Positions 12,601 through 25,800 of a stretch of DNA of 64,000 nt are shown one piece after another. The DNA is taken from the NCBI GenBank assembly GCA_051362555.1, contig CM120640.1, positions 4,030,001 through 4,094,000 of the forward strand, read 5' to 3'. The translations under genes and the position numbers were made by a program. The notes beneath the pieces are model-generated. The model did not search any database, was not told the origin of the DNA, and saw nothing but the letters and a program-made list of their open reading frames with translations. The stretch's first letter is position 1. Every line of letters begins with the position of its first letter. The stretch is from Lingula anatina. Lineage: Eukaryota > Animalia > Brachiopoda.

Positions 12601-15079
12601 CAAGGTGAATATTAGTGAAGAGTGAGGAGCTGTACAGGGATGAGATTTATTCAACAATGGGCAGATTTGTTGAATTTTTGGGAGCCAAAAATGTCATTGG
12701 CTAGGCACCCCTGTCAACCCCATGCCATATTTTCCAACTATTTCACTAAATGGCAGTCTCATCCCTGGCTATAGCATTATAGAGATAAAAGGATGAAAAT
12801 TAGGGCCATTAAATTTTATAAAATTAAATAGAATGTGTTGAGCAGAAGAAAAAAGGAAAGTCATACCATGATGATTAGTGATTGTCTTGTATTTGGCCAT
12901 TCATGAAGAGAGAAATAACTTTAAAAATATTTTCTTATAGAATTCCTTATGACAAGTTTGTACAGAAGTTTGGAATAATCATCAAAAGTGAGCCAACTCA
13001 TCCGGTCTCTCTGTCATCCCAGTCAGAATCAGACCGAGACGCAGAGAAGGAGAATGACCTTCTGTTTGACCCTCTGGACAAACTGTTTAAGAAGCAGCTG
13101 TCCCTGCTGGATACCCCCAAAAAGAGTGGCACCCCTAAAAAGAAACTTCGAAGAAGGACAGGTAACTTTGACTCAAAGTCAGAAAAATATATATTGCTCT
13201 GTCATCAACTGCATTATTTGACTATTTTTCATTCTGCAGTGAACCATCACAAGGAGATGTATAACCTCCTTGACTAATCTCAGTAAAGTTCATGTTTTAT
13301 ATTTAGAAATATGCTTACTAGCCAATGTTTAAAATCTTCAGCTTTATGGAGAATGAAAAAGTCCACCTGTAGAGTGCTATTCCTTAAAAAAAAACATATA
13401 ATAGTCATATATCCAAAGTTAACTTAAAACATAGTCTTATCTCTATAGTTAACTTAAAACAGTGTTTATTTTTCATTGACATTACAGTATGTGCAACTTT
13501 GCTTTATATATATTTTAGGCCTCTCCAGCTCTGATCATACTAGAAAGTGCTGTGCTTCTGTAATGAAGATTGTTTTTGGTTTTCAACCAAACTTGAGCAA
13601 GCAGTTTGGCAGGACCAAACTCTTCTTGCAAGATGGCCAGGTAATAAAAACTGAAAGATTAGTCTTTCTGTTTTGTATGTTACATCCACAAGAGTCTTAC
13701 TTATATGTAAATGTCAACAGTATCTTACAAAATCAGTGAAGTTATTTTGAAATTTAAGAATGAAAATGTTCTTTTAAATACAGCAAAAGCACCTGTTTGT
13801 GTTAGCTTTTGCTTTTGCAGAGCTCCAGTTACTTATGTGTATTCTCTTCTGTGCTGTAGCTGGAACAGTTAGAGGCTGCCCGGTGCAAACTTCTGAGCAG
13901 ATATGCCTTTACCATACAGTGTGCTTGGAGGAGGTACCAATGTAAAAAGAGGAAATCCATCCTGAAGATACAAGCTGGTATGCTTCCCTTAATTTTTTAT
14001 CTTTCTTTCTTTTTAGTCTTTACTTCTATTTCTGTCTTCACTTCACTAAGTTGAAATCTCGGCTAACGTGTACAACTTCAAAATGGTGAAGAGCTGTTTA
14101 TGCTTTTTTCACACAAAATAAAACATGTTGAAAAGAAAATTAAACCTCATTTCAGTTATGAGAGGCTGGCTGGTGAGACGAAAATGGCAGAAAACCCTAG
14201 ATGCCGTCAGGACAATACAAGCAGCTTGGAAGCTATGCAAGGCAAAGAGGGTACAAGCCATGTGTAGCCAAACAGGGGCCATCACTGATATTGAAAAGAC
14301 ATCCCCCAAAACGCCAGAAGAGCAGATGGTATCTCAGAACACTAACAACGTACACTCTTACTCAGTGCATGAGTGGAGGCCCTGTGATAAAGATGTCAGA
14401 CATGAGAACATGCTGCCCTCTCCCAGGCTGGTGAAGTCTTTACAGGACCTCAGTTTGTCAGTGGGGTTACCAAGACTGAGCCATGTTGAGGCACAGGATG
14501 GAATTGTGTCTTTTAGAAGAATGCCTAGGGTAAGACTGGGTTCCCATGCCTAGATCGATCCATCTGGATTGGTCCAACTCCCTGGGGAGTCTCACTAAAT
14601 GACTATCAACTAACAGGCCTCAATGTCTGTCACACCTACCGAATCAGCTAGAGGGGAAAGGTAATTACCCCCTAACAGCTTTACTAGGCGAAACAACCAT
14701 TCAAGCTGGTTAAATTAATAACAATTAAGTGAGACTCCCCAGGGAGATAGATCGATCCAAATATCTGTGGGAATGGTACCCAAATCTTTTCTAATTAGGG
14801 TACCCTTTGGATTCTAGCTCGTGGAACAAAGAACTTACCAAATTCTAAAGAAGGTTTTATTCAGTTTTAGTAAATCAAATATGATGTCTTTATTTTCTAT
14901 GCTATAGATTGTAATGGCATGTAGAAGTTATTGTACAAATTGACTTTCATTTTGTTTTCTAGGTCCACATAAAATTCCACACTAAGCCAAATAAGGTGCT
15001 GAAGTATGCTCACTTCATCAGTCAAAAGGAATTCCTGTGTAGCTTGACAGACTGTCTTCCTCAGTATGATCCAGTATAA
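9651..15079 (+). CDS. MYO19: Unconventional myosin XIX, 3' portion (5' motor exons not in the window)
   Basis: Exons 9651-9735 ([10 protein letters not shown]), 10146-10332 (VFHKPC...RRDCLSK), 10621-10688, 10867-10988 (LLDIYGFE...[13 protein letters not shown]), 11242-11352, 11653-11832, 12082-12210, 12426-12604 (YIRCIKPN), 12941-13161, 13519-13640 (GRTKLF), IQ exons 13860-13977 and 14156-14529, last exon 14963-15079 (IKFH...LKYA, resembling the MYO19 tail). Confidence 0.92.
9765..9931. mobile_element. MITE, hAT5-like (CAG...CTG ends, 5-bp TSD)
   Basis: TIRs CAGGGGCAGAT / ATCCGCCCCTG, flanked on both sides by ATTAT; a homologous copy lies at 63516-63683. Confidence 0.8.
12635..12767. mobile_element. 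Small hAT-like MITE in a MYO19 intron
   Basis: Perfect 11-bp TIR CAGGGATGAGA / TCTCATCCCTG; flanks GCTGTA / GCTATA resemble a decayed 6-bp TSD. Confidence 0.6.
14533..14787. mobile_element. Foldback MITE in the last MYO19 intron
   Basis: Terminus AGACTGGGTTCCCAT; perfect internal inverted repeat CTCCCTGGGGAGTCTCACT / AGTGAGACTCCCCAGGGAG; a related element lies in the opposite orientation at ~38899-39160. Confidence 0.7.
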
Positions 15080-16714
15080 ACAAATATGTACAATGTGGAA
15101 CTGTGAAATATCTTCTTTTTATTTTTTTTCTCTATGCCAATCATTGCATTTGATAAAGAAAAAATGATAAATATGTTATTGCATATCATTCTGCTTATTC
15201 CAGATGGTGAAATTGGTTGTAAATACAGTAATCTTATGCTAAAGTAGGATTGAGTTAAGTGCAATTTTAAAAGAGATATTACTAGATATGGGTGATGGTG
15301 TTGGTAGTATCTTGTACCAATTGATAAGGTGTTGTCACTGCTGTGTAGCTAAATTCCTGTGATTAGTAGAGATTAATTACATTTGTTGACCTTTTAGTTT
15401 GTAAGATATTTGAAATGTGTTATAGTAAAATGTATATTTTATTTATTTCAAACCAATACAAATATGTCATAATTATATCAAAATACCACTCCAGTTGTAC
15501 TGAGAATTATAATTAATAATATCCATTTAAATACAGATTTTTTTTTTTTTTTTTTTTGAGGGTGGGGACTTAGTTGTGTTGTCTGATGTTGTTGCACAGC
15601 ATCGGCTCAGTGAACCAATGACTTACAGGTTGTTCATGTCTTTTGCACAATAGATTATTTGTGTTTAGAGTGGTGTTCTAAATGTTTTGTGATATCATCC
15701 TGATAAATTGAAGTATTTTTAAAACTTGGCTACTCCAAACTTAGTTATTAACAAAACATTGAAATTCAAAATCACACACAGGTGCAAGAGATGTTGGTGA
15801 ATACTATCTGCAGATAAGGGAAAATCAATTAAATAAATAAATTGGAAAACATACTTAAAAACTATATTCTAAGTGATTGAATAGGTTGAAGTTGAAACTA
15901 GGCATCCAAGGGAAATATGCTTCAAAAATGTAGTCAAAGTTGCGTTTTCAAAGAGTATTGTGTGCCAATAATCCATCCATCTCAGTCCCTTAAATATTTT
16001 TTTTTAAATGATTAATGGCTTTGTCTGCTTTCCAAACAATGTGATAAATAGCATTTATTATTTGGATATAATGTATAATGTCACAAAAAGTTATTAGAAG
16101 GGTTTTTTTACAGAGCCCCCCCCCCCCCCCCAAAAAAAAAAAAAAAATTATAACCAACAGTAATTGCATTTCACTAAAAAACAAACAGGCAGCCATCACC
16201 TTATTATTCATTCAAATGATAATACCCCCCCCCCCAAAAAAAAAAAAAAAAAAAACTACATGGAAAAAAACGTGAAACAGTTTGTGATAACCAGCGTTAA
16301 CTTAAAAATGTACACCTTGATCAGTAATTTAATGCACCTATGTTGATTGGAATTTTATTAACGTTCAATTTGAATCAAATGCGATGAAAAAAATTATTAC
16401 ATTTTTTTGTCATTGCATTGTTTATGAATCTTGTATCAAGTTTTTATTCCATTTCTATGGTGGTTATTTGACATCAATAAGAAATATAGGAGTAAAATTC
16501 ATAATCAAAGCAGTCATTTGTTTTCCAATCATTAACAGTGATGATTCAAATATCAAACAATTGTAATGCTAGTATAGAGAAAGTTCGTCAATACAGTGCA
16601 GATGTTGCAGAAGAATGTTTTTAATAAGCCTTTAGTTCTCAGGAAAAGTGAAACCCGTTACTTATAATAAAGTTGTTAAACGTGTGTGGTAAAATGATAA
16701 CCCCAATCGTATGT

Positions 16715-16953
16715 CAAGACACGTGCCGTTTGTTTATATTTGACAAGGAAGCACGTGTACCGGAAGTATATGTAAAATAGTGTCAGACACGTGACTGACG
16801 TCAGCGAATTTCCGCCAAGCAGAAAAAAGGTAAACACGGACAACCAAGTCGCCATAACCTTCACAGCTGACATCGAGAAAAAGAAAGGATTCTGACATCG
16901 CAGAGCTTAAAATTTCAAGAAAGCAATCTTCACGAGAAAGATAGATTGTATAG
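16715..16953 (+). promoter_or_regulatory. Probable YPEL promoter and non-coding first exon
   Basis: CpG-rich patch with CACGTG at 16720, 16752 and 16788, ETS CCGGAAGT at 16760, CRE TGACGTCA at 16796, forkhead GTAAACA at 16830, and donor AG|GTAAGC at 16953/16954. Confidence 0.65.
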
Positions 16954-18851
16954 GTAAGCATTTATCTGGTTTGTTGAACAGGTTATTTTCCAGGGATCGC
17001 AGAAACCCTATTTGATCGTGCGTGTTTGGATCTGCTGCTGCCTCGTCAAAACAAAGACATGCACGTTCTCTTTAACACAGTGTTTTCTTTTATGTTTACA
17101 ACTCCATGCGACAGTTTTGATTTAGAGAATTTGTAAATCCCTTAACCTTGAACATTGCTGAAACTAAGACAAATATGTCTATAGAACTAACATACTGTAT
17201 AGAGCGTGTTTACATGCTGGAGCCATAACCATGTGGGATTTTCCTGATCAACTTCATTTGCGAATTCAAGCTTTTTCTCTCTCTGCGTGATCAAGACATT
17301 TTAATGGGCATTGATACAATCTCACCGTGCTATTCAAGGCGTATGTAACTTAAGCAGTTACAGATACAGACATGTGAAGCAAACAAAGGACCTTTGTCGT
17401 GGTCGTGGCGAGGTGTTAGGGGAGGGGGGAGGCGAGGACGGGGAGGGGACTGATACACGACAGATAAAAATGATACTAGCACTGAAGCGTAAATGCATAT
17501 AAAAATTGACATTGCCAGATAAATGGTCATGCATTTAACCTTGGGATGCCTATCTTATTGCCATATTCAGGCAGTATTCAGGTTGTTGAGTCCGTGGTAA
17601 CTAATATTGATTTTCATGGACTTCTGATGAGTAGAGTAGCTGAATCTGTTCTTGGAATGGGTAAGGTGAATGAGTTTAATGTCATTTGGAATTGCCCTTT
17701 TATAGTGGCAATGCTTCTAACCCAAGAAACTAAATATAGGGCAGCTTTCTGTAGAAAGATTAAGAAAAGTTATCATCCCTTGAATAATTATATATGACTC
17801 ATTCTTTGTTCACTTTCTCTTTCTTTTTTTACTTCAGTCCTTTGCACATCATTTTCCCTTTTCTCAGTTTCTTGGTGTGAATTTTAACACAGTATTCTTC
17901 TCTGTGCTGTTCAACTTGACACCATGTATCTCTTTGTTCCAGTCACCTTGATCATGACTGTTATATTATTTACATGTAGACAAGAGGTTTTTATTGATTC
18001 CAGGTAGAAAGAAAACTGAATTATTCATATAAGCCCCGGGGAGACTTGCAAAAAGGTACAAGAAAACTGAATGTGAACAATATAAAGATGCAATTTAAAG
18101 ATATTGCGTTTCAAATTAGTAGCACATAAACCATGTGTATTAAAACCAGGTCACGATATCTCAAGATTAGGTGGTCACAATAACAATAACAATCTGGTCT
18201 AATCCCTCAGCCTGATTGTTATTATTGATTTCAGCTATCTTTGCTACATAGCAGGGTATTATGTGGTATTTAATAAGATCATGTCTGCAAAATGGAGCTG
18301 CAATAAAAATATAAAGAACTTTTGTTCAACGTCTATATTCTGTCCAGCTTTAATATAAGCTGATATCAGATCCACACACATGTATTGGCAAATGCATTCT
18401 TTTGTCCTGAGAGTGGAGAGAGCTTGGAATGATCTCTGCTTTAGAAATGGTGAGGAAATAATCTGATAACACACTGCAGACTTTGTGGCTTCTTTGTGTG
18501 TGTAGGGACAATATGTAAAGCTGGAGGAAATGCCCATGTGACTCATTAGAAGCCCAGACTTGTTTGTGTACAATGTTCTTTTTCCAAGTCTGTGTGTTGG
18601 GACAGTTTGGGAACCTGAAGGAAATACCCATATGACTCATTAGACAGAAGCCTAGACTTCTTCTTGTACAATACTTCCTCTTTTGTTATGTACTTAGCAA
18701 GTCATTTGGAAATGGTTATGTTACCATGCAAGTTTTTTTTTCTTGTCATGCAATTGAATGATGAATAAGCTTTCTTAGTTCTGTTGTTAACCTTGACCAA
18801 CATCTTAATACTGGATACTAAATTTCACATTTATGAGAGAAATTTGCTAAT

Positions 18852-18932
18852 ATTATGATGAGTAAGATGTTTGCTGAAATTTTATTTTGGAAATCCCCAT
18901 ATATAGTGTGACATTATCTTTTCCTTTTGTCA
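18852..18932. repeat. 81-bp segment duplicated at 21851-21931 (1 mismatch)
   Basis: ATTATGATGAGTAAGATGTTTGCTGAAATT...CCTTTTGTCA is present twice, 2999 bp apart. Confidence 0.93.
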
Positions 18933-19873
18933 GCCTAGTGGAATTGTCTCTATTGTTCTACTTGAGTATCATGAAGTATGCTAGAATAGAACATAAAGCT
19001 CAGTCATGACATTGTTGATTATAATCTTTGTTAGCATTGTATTGAAGTTAGATATTCATCTGTTCCCTTGATTGTTTCTAAGTGATATAGTAATTGAGAC
19101 AATAAAGCTATTATCTGCAATCATGATAATGGTATAATGACAACTAAGAGTCCAGGTGTGAGGTAATAGCCCTCTGGAGACATCACTTTTAGGAGACCTG
19201 CAGTTTAAGCAGACACTTTCACCTATTTAGTCATGAAAAGCATTTAAAGTCATATCATTGTTTTAGTTTCAGTTCCTGTGGATTGAGACGTCTGAAAGTG
19301 ATATCTCCAAAGTCTGGTTACTGCTGACGGCTGCCCTCAAATTACTTTTATATCAGGTAAGAGCTGACAGCTGCTGCAGTCCAGTTTTGGAAGTAATTGA
19401 ACAAAGAAAACCAACCAACAGCATCTGCTGAAGTGAAGTCTTTGTCAGGATGTACCTACTGACTCTCAGCTTCTAGGGGTTTTGAGTGATTCATTTTGAC
19501 TAATTAGAGCTCTTTTTTCCATGGTCAATATATCAAGTAAATTAAATTTCAGGAGGTGTTACCTCACAGTAGTGTGGTGTATCTCCAAGGCATCACTAAG
19601 TAGACAAACAAAGCTATGAGCATGAACGAGTTAGCAGTTTATCATGACCTGAACACAATGCAGTAACCCAAGAGACTTTAATTCCATGTTCCCATAATTT
19701 TGACCAATTGCCTTTGTTTTCAGATGAATCGCATGTGGAGTTGGATGACCTGAAAGATTAGTGAGGGAGAAGCGAGGCATCAGAGGATCATTTTGCCTTT
19801 GTTTCTCTCCATGATTATCAGTGATGTGGGTCTGTCTTCATAATAGTTGCCAGAATTGATGTCTACACTCACC

Positions 19874-22800
19874 ATGGTGAAGACGTTCCAGGCGTATCTC
19901 CCGAGCCAGTGCCATCGCACTTATAGCTGCGTCCACTGCCGAGCTCACCTAGCCAATCACGATGAACTGATCTCAAAGGTGGGGATACTTTTCATTTAAC
20001 TTACAGGCATGTAGTTTTTGTTAAAACCATAAATCCATTTTTTGTATGTTTTATGCCTTAAGCAGCCTGAAGATCCCCAGTCATAAGGCCACTGGGCCAT
20101 TTCTCCCAACTTTTTTCTCATAACCCTAAATCATATCTCCAGAAAAAGGTTGCACAATGGCTAGGCTTTTGGGATTCACCATTATAATGTACTCTTTAAT
20201 AATCCCAAGTATCCCACTTGAGCTTGATTTCCCATGCAGTATTTCAGCTCATGAGGCCCCTATATTTTCATGTAAACATATAACAAACTGACGGAACAGA
20301 TTTCATTCACACCATTTTATGAAATTGATATGTTGAACAAGTCCTCATCCCAGATTGAAAGTGAACTGCAACATGCATACATAGCTATAAAATATGTGAT
20401 GCAAGTTTTGTTGAATAGAACATGTTGAGAATGATGGTTGGCTCATTTTTTTCTTCTTTTTTCATATGTAACATATGATCCATGAAAGCAGGGATCTTTT
20501 TTCAGATTGCTATTTTGTATAGGCTGTGAAATACAGGGTGGTTTAAAGTTAACATCACAAGGTAAAGATGGACCGATTGATCAGAGCATATGCAGCATTA
20601 TACCTTGACATCATTTTTGTTGTGTTTTGGAAACTGTAACCAAATTAAGTCCCACACAAAGCAAGTCAATATCCTAAAAGGCTAGAAACTCTTGTTTACT
20701 GAACTTTGTCATGGTGTGTTTCCGATACACATCCATTAGTTTCTGTGTGAGCTTTCCATTTAAGGTTTCTTACAGTCCACCTGCATTTCATACTGAGGTA
20801 TATTGATTGCATGCAAGGAAACTATTTAGACCAGGAAAACATCAAGGTGGCAAGCCCAATACATTTCACTTGATTGGTTAACTTAATGTCAGCCAAGTAT
20901 TAGATTAATTTAACAGAATGATTTGATAGGCATTGGGGCCATATTTCATTTGTCTCAAAATTTATTTTCAATAAAAGAACAATGTTTATTTACCATACAC
21001 ATGTATTAGCCTCAAAACGATTGCCAATGGTAATTTGTTATGCTACCCTCATGTCAGATAAGAGATAACAAGTTTCCCTGTATATAAGTGAATAGATATA
21101 CTTGTGTTACATCATATACATATATGAAGTGCTGATGACATTTATTGATTTTTACACCCAATCAATGGTGATGAGATCATAGTTTGGCACCAAGTCCTGT
21201 TTGCTCCCTTGTCTGGAAACCGTAAGATAGGAAAGTGGAGCTAGTTTACACCTCCTGCTTTTGTAAACAATGTAATTTGAGCAGGAAATTTGTCATCTTG
21301 TGTCTTAAGGGTGAAATCCTTGCGGCTTTCTTTGTCTAAACAGCATCAGCATGATACTGTGAAGATAGTGTGGATGGATAGTGTTATTTGATGGGAATTG
21401 TGTCCAAAATATCTTTAAATGTTAAAAAGAACATGCCATAAATATCTTATCATTAATGTGTAACTTTCTTTTCTTTTTTATCTTTCACAGTCCTTTCAGG
21501 GCAGTCAAGGCAGAGCATATCTCTTCAATTCTGTGTAAGTATAATAAAATATTTATTTCTTTATTGGTGTAGGTCTTTTTTACATGTCTATGACCTAACT
21601 TCTTGTACTAACATATATGATCTTTACATTGTAATCTACCCAATAAATATTTACATACATTTCCTTTGCCAGTCTCTCTTGATTGCCACACTGAGTATAT
21701 TCACTTAGGGACAACAAAAGAAGTATAAAATGGTGGTCAGTCCACTAGGGAAGTGTCCCTGTAGCTTTGTTGACTCTTGTAACCATAAAATTTATTCAGG
21801 TGTAAGGAGCAATTCAGGTAAAAGAAATTGATGATATAATAGTAAGCAGCATTATGATGAGTAAGATGTTTGCTGAAATTTTATTTTGGGAATCCCCATA
21901 TATAGTGTGACATTATCTTTTCCTTTTGTCAAGGGTGCTGAAATGGCCACAGTGTATTCAGCTGCCATTCTCAGGCCTGTAAGAGGATGGGGGTGGGGTG
22001 GGGTGGAGAGGAGAGGGATGGGGGGGGGGGGGGGGTAGGGTGGTTGCAAGGACTGCACTTTTGGTCAGAAAAGGTCTATTCTGACTGAAAAATTGACAGG
22101 TTCCATGCCATTTTTCAAAATGGGTCAATCAAGGGAGTAAAAAAGTCTGCTGTTTTTACAAAAAGAACCCCCTTTTGAAATTGCTGACTGCAGGCCTTCA
22201 TTCACATTACAGTATCATATCATTTTCTGTAACTGTTCCAAACAAATTTTTTAATCAAATTTGTTCCATCCTGGGGCCCCTGAGAGGTCATGCAAAGAGA
22301 TGCAGTATGGGAAGAAGAGTGTGGGGAAGTTCCAGTGCAGGGAAGTTGAGTACTGGCCCTGTTTTTCTTGAACCTCTCAATTCAAATCACAGTAGAATAG
22401 GATTTACTTTATATCAAAAGTCCTGTTCTAATTTCGTGTAACGTGAACTCATAAAAATCCCATATCCTATGTCGTTGTCGGTAAACAGTATGGCTCGATA
22501 ATACATTTCAGAGATAAAGTATGCAAATTACTTGTGCAGTTTACTCCCTTGAAACTGAGTTTGGTTCTATTTATTTGATTTCAGTATTATTATTAAAATC
22601 ATTATCAAAAAATTATTTGTTATTAAAAATTGTATAAAGTAATAATTGAAAATTAAGGTTGATATTTGAGGACCACTTTGCCTTTTCCATTCTTTCAAAA
22701 CACTGTCTCCAATTTTTTTCTGGCTCACGTCATTATGGACCTTATTATGTGCATGATGTTGAATTTTGATGGCTGCTTTTCCTGATCCTGTTGAATTTTT

Positions 22801-25800
22801 TTTTTTTACTTTTGGCACATTCCATTATTTCATGCACATTATACAGAATTCTCTCTACATTTTGATTTAAAAGATGGTGTTCTCATTAAGATATCTTCTC
22901 AGATGCAGGATCCTTATAGTTAAAGGAAAGGGGGTTTCATCAATAGTGCCATCGAGTGGTGTACTTGTGAGGACTAGTTGATCGTATTATATGTAACCTC
23001 AACTAACCATCTGGGCAATACACAGGCTGAGGTAAACCTGATAAGGTCTGTAGGGAAATGGGCAAAGTGTTGATATTGTAAAAGGATGAAGCATTAAAGT
23101 AAGCCAGGACACCTGGCACAGTAAGGCACTTTGAGGTCAGGTATTCTTTGGTTAATTTAATATCCTCTTCCCAACTTCATGAATCTTGACATGTAGTTAA
23201 AGTGAATGTCAGTGTTGCCCATATGATGTACATGCCAATTTGATAACATTTGCTTGGCAGTTTCGCTAGCCTGAGCTTGCCAAGTAGAATGCAATCTTCG
23301 TGTATTGGTCTATTATTTATTGTATCCCTTGTGAGATGTTTGGGTTGGAGAATTTGTACCATTTACTAGAGGCAGCAAATATGATTACATTGGCTACTTC
23401 TGCCTTTATCTTTCATGAGGCTCAGCTGATCATTAATTTTTTCGTGTCTTTTGGCAATAGCTTTTACATTTGCAGTTTCTACATGTAAGGTCAACTTTGT
23501 TTCCAAAACACTCCAGTATCATAATCATTTGTGGAACAATGCCAGAAGGGTGAAAATATAAGGGTACTATTTATCTTTACTGTGGTAAAGTGGGCTCATG
23601 TTATAAAAGATTAGATACGAAGTTTCATGTTGTACTGTTGACATCACATATGGATTGTCCCTAAAAGGATAGATCAGTATGTCACCTGATGTTTTGACTC
23701 CTTTGTCAACCTTAAAAGATCAAGTACCATTCATAAAACATTTACTTTTAGATATACTAATCTGCACCCTCGTTAACCAAGTGCAACATATGGCCGTAGA
23801 CAGATTATTGTGCACATGGGCAATTTTGTACTTGAGCTAAATAAATCAAATACTGTACTGAGGTATGGTAGGTACTAGTAGGATTGGTAGTTCAGTTTGT
23901 GCCTTTTAAATAGAGTGCCATGCTAAGGTGAGCTTATACAAATAATGTTTATTGGTGCTTTTATCCGAGTTGCCCAGTTGGTTCTGTATAACTTTGAAAA
24001 CCTGTTATTGATCGGATTCTATAAAGTAGGGCAGCACGTTTCTTAAACTTGTGTTTAAATTGTGTCATGGGCACAGGTAAATCTCAAATTGATATCAGGA
24101 AAGGAAAACGGTCTGAGGAATTACAATGCTGTTCTCTTAAATGAATTTCATACCTTGCAAAGTTTTATAAATGTTTTTTTCTGATTCTGCAGTTATGAGA
24201 GACTTGCAGAGGTAAAACTGTGGATTAATTCAGTGCTGTCTGTTGTTTTCTCTTCTTGCCAAGTTTGATTATAGTTTTCTCCTTTATAGAATGTAACTTA
24301 AAGAAGATACTGGCAAACCATGGACTAGATATAGTGCATGCAAAAAGATTTTGATGTTGTTTCTTTTACTTTTTCTCTAAACTCCCAAAACCTATCTTAT
24401 CCAAAAATTTAAAGGACTGAAATCAGATACATTTTAAGATCAATTTCTCAAATTCAGATGACCCTAAACAATGAATTACAACCTTCTGTTTTGGGCCCTA
24501 ATGAAAGCTCTGGTATCGTAGTTTCAATATTTATACAACTGATGCAACACATTTAAATTTGACTTCTTCAAATCGTGTAATCCTATCCAAATGCACAATT
24601 CATTTGACACAAAGTATTTGCCATCTCCACTTAAAATATTCCATGGTTAATTTAAAGCTTTTAGTTAGACTAATCAGATATGAAGAATTAAGTAGATAAC
24701 ATGTGCACATTGTGAGCCTTTATAGATGAAAATTTAAGATTGCTGGCTAAAATTAAAAGCATAATGGTGTTGTGTGAATGCCATGATAGATTGATTTTCC
24801 CTTTCACTTACATGTCAGCCATTGTAAAAGCATTGTGTTAATAGCCCAGTTATTACATGGACCAACTCATTAATGGAATCGCTTTCATGCAACTTGTTTA
24901 ACAAGACTATTTTTCTTTCATCAAATACCCTTGGGATTTGTCCATTAAAACCAAACCAACCAATTAAACTTCTCTGAGTGGAAGTTTAGATTAAAGTGAT
25001 GGCAGAGAGAGTTAAAGTAATACTATAGATTTTCTGTCAGATCTGCACACTGATGAATTTGGCATTGTACTTTTTCAACGTGAGGGATGTAGCGGTGCCA
25101 AAGTTAAAGATTGATTCAAAGATAATGTAGTTTCATGTGCTTAGTACTATGTGTGTCCATAACAAGTTATGCATGGTGGAATCGGACCAATGCTGCCAAT
25201 TTCTACTATTGATTTCAGTTCACATTGTTAAAAAAACCTAATTGTGAAACCAGTATGTATTCTGATGTCTGTAATTTGCAAACATAGATAATAAAAAACA
25301 ATCTTGTTGATGTTGTTGAAGCAAGAGATAATTTGTTGTATTAAAAACAAAAAATAAAAGGATGATACATTTTTATTTCAGTGTCAATGTTGGGTGTGGC
25401 CCTGCTGAAGAGAGGGTGCTTTTGACAGGGCTCCATGCTGTGGCTGATATATACTGTGAATGCTGTAAAACAACACTGGGCTGGAAATATGTAAGTTTTA
25501 TTGTAGGATTTACACACAGCTTGATCTGCTAGCAGCAGGGGTTTCTGCTCTATATTGTACTACTGTCACATGTATTGGAGACATACTCAGGTTATCATAA
25601 CCTGTCGTAGATACCTGGTGCGGCAGGACAGACTGGTCACATGGGGTCAATGGTGTCTCAGTGACTTGACTTCCAGCTAGTGTCATGTGGTCAGTAGGTG
25701 ACATTTGTCCGGTCCTCTGACCCCCGTTCATTGACCAGCCTGACACTGGTTCAGAAGTTCAACTGCATCAGATATCATAACCCATTAGTCCATATCCATC

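Noticed and set aside
16078-16346. Poly-Pro/poly-Lys ORFs
   Set aside because: They arise from two C-run plus A-run homopolymer tracts; simple sequence.
18852-18895. SECIS-like ATGA...AA...GA pattern
   Set aside because: Intronic, weak G-U-rich stem, and no in-frame UGA selenoprotein nearby.
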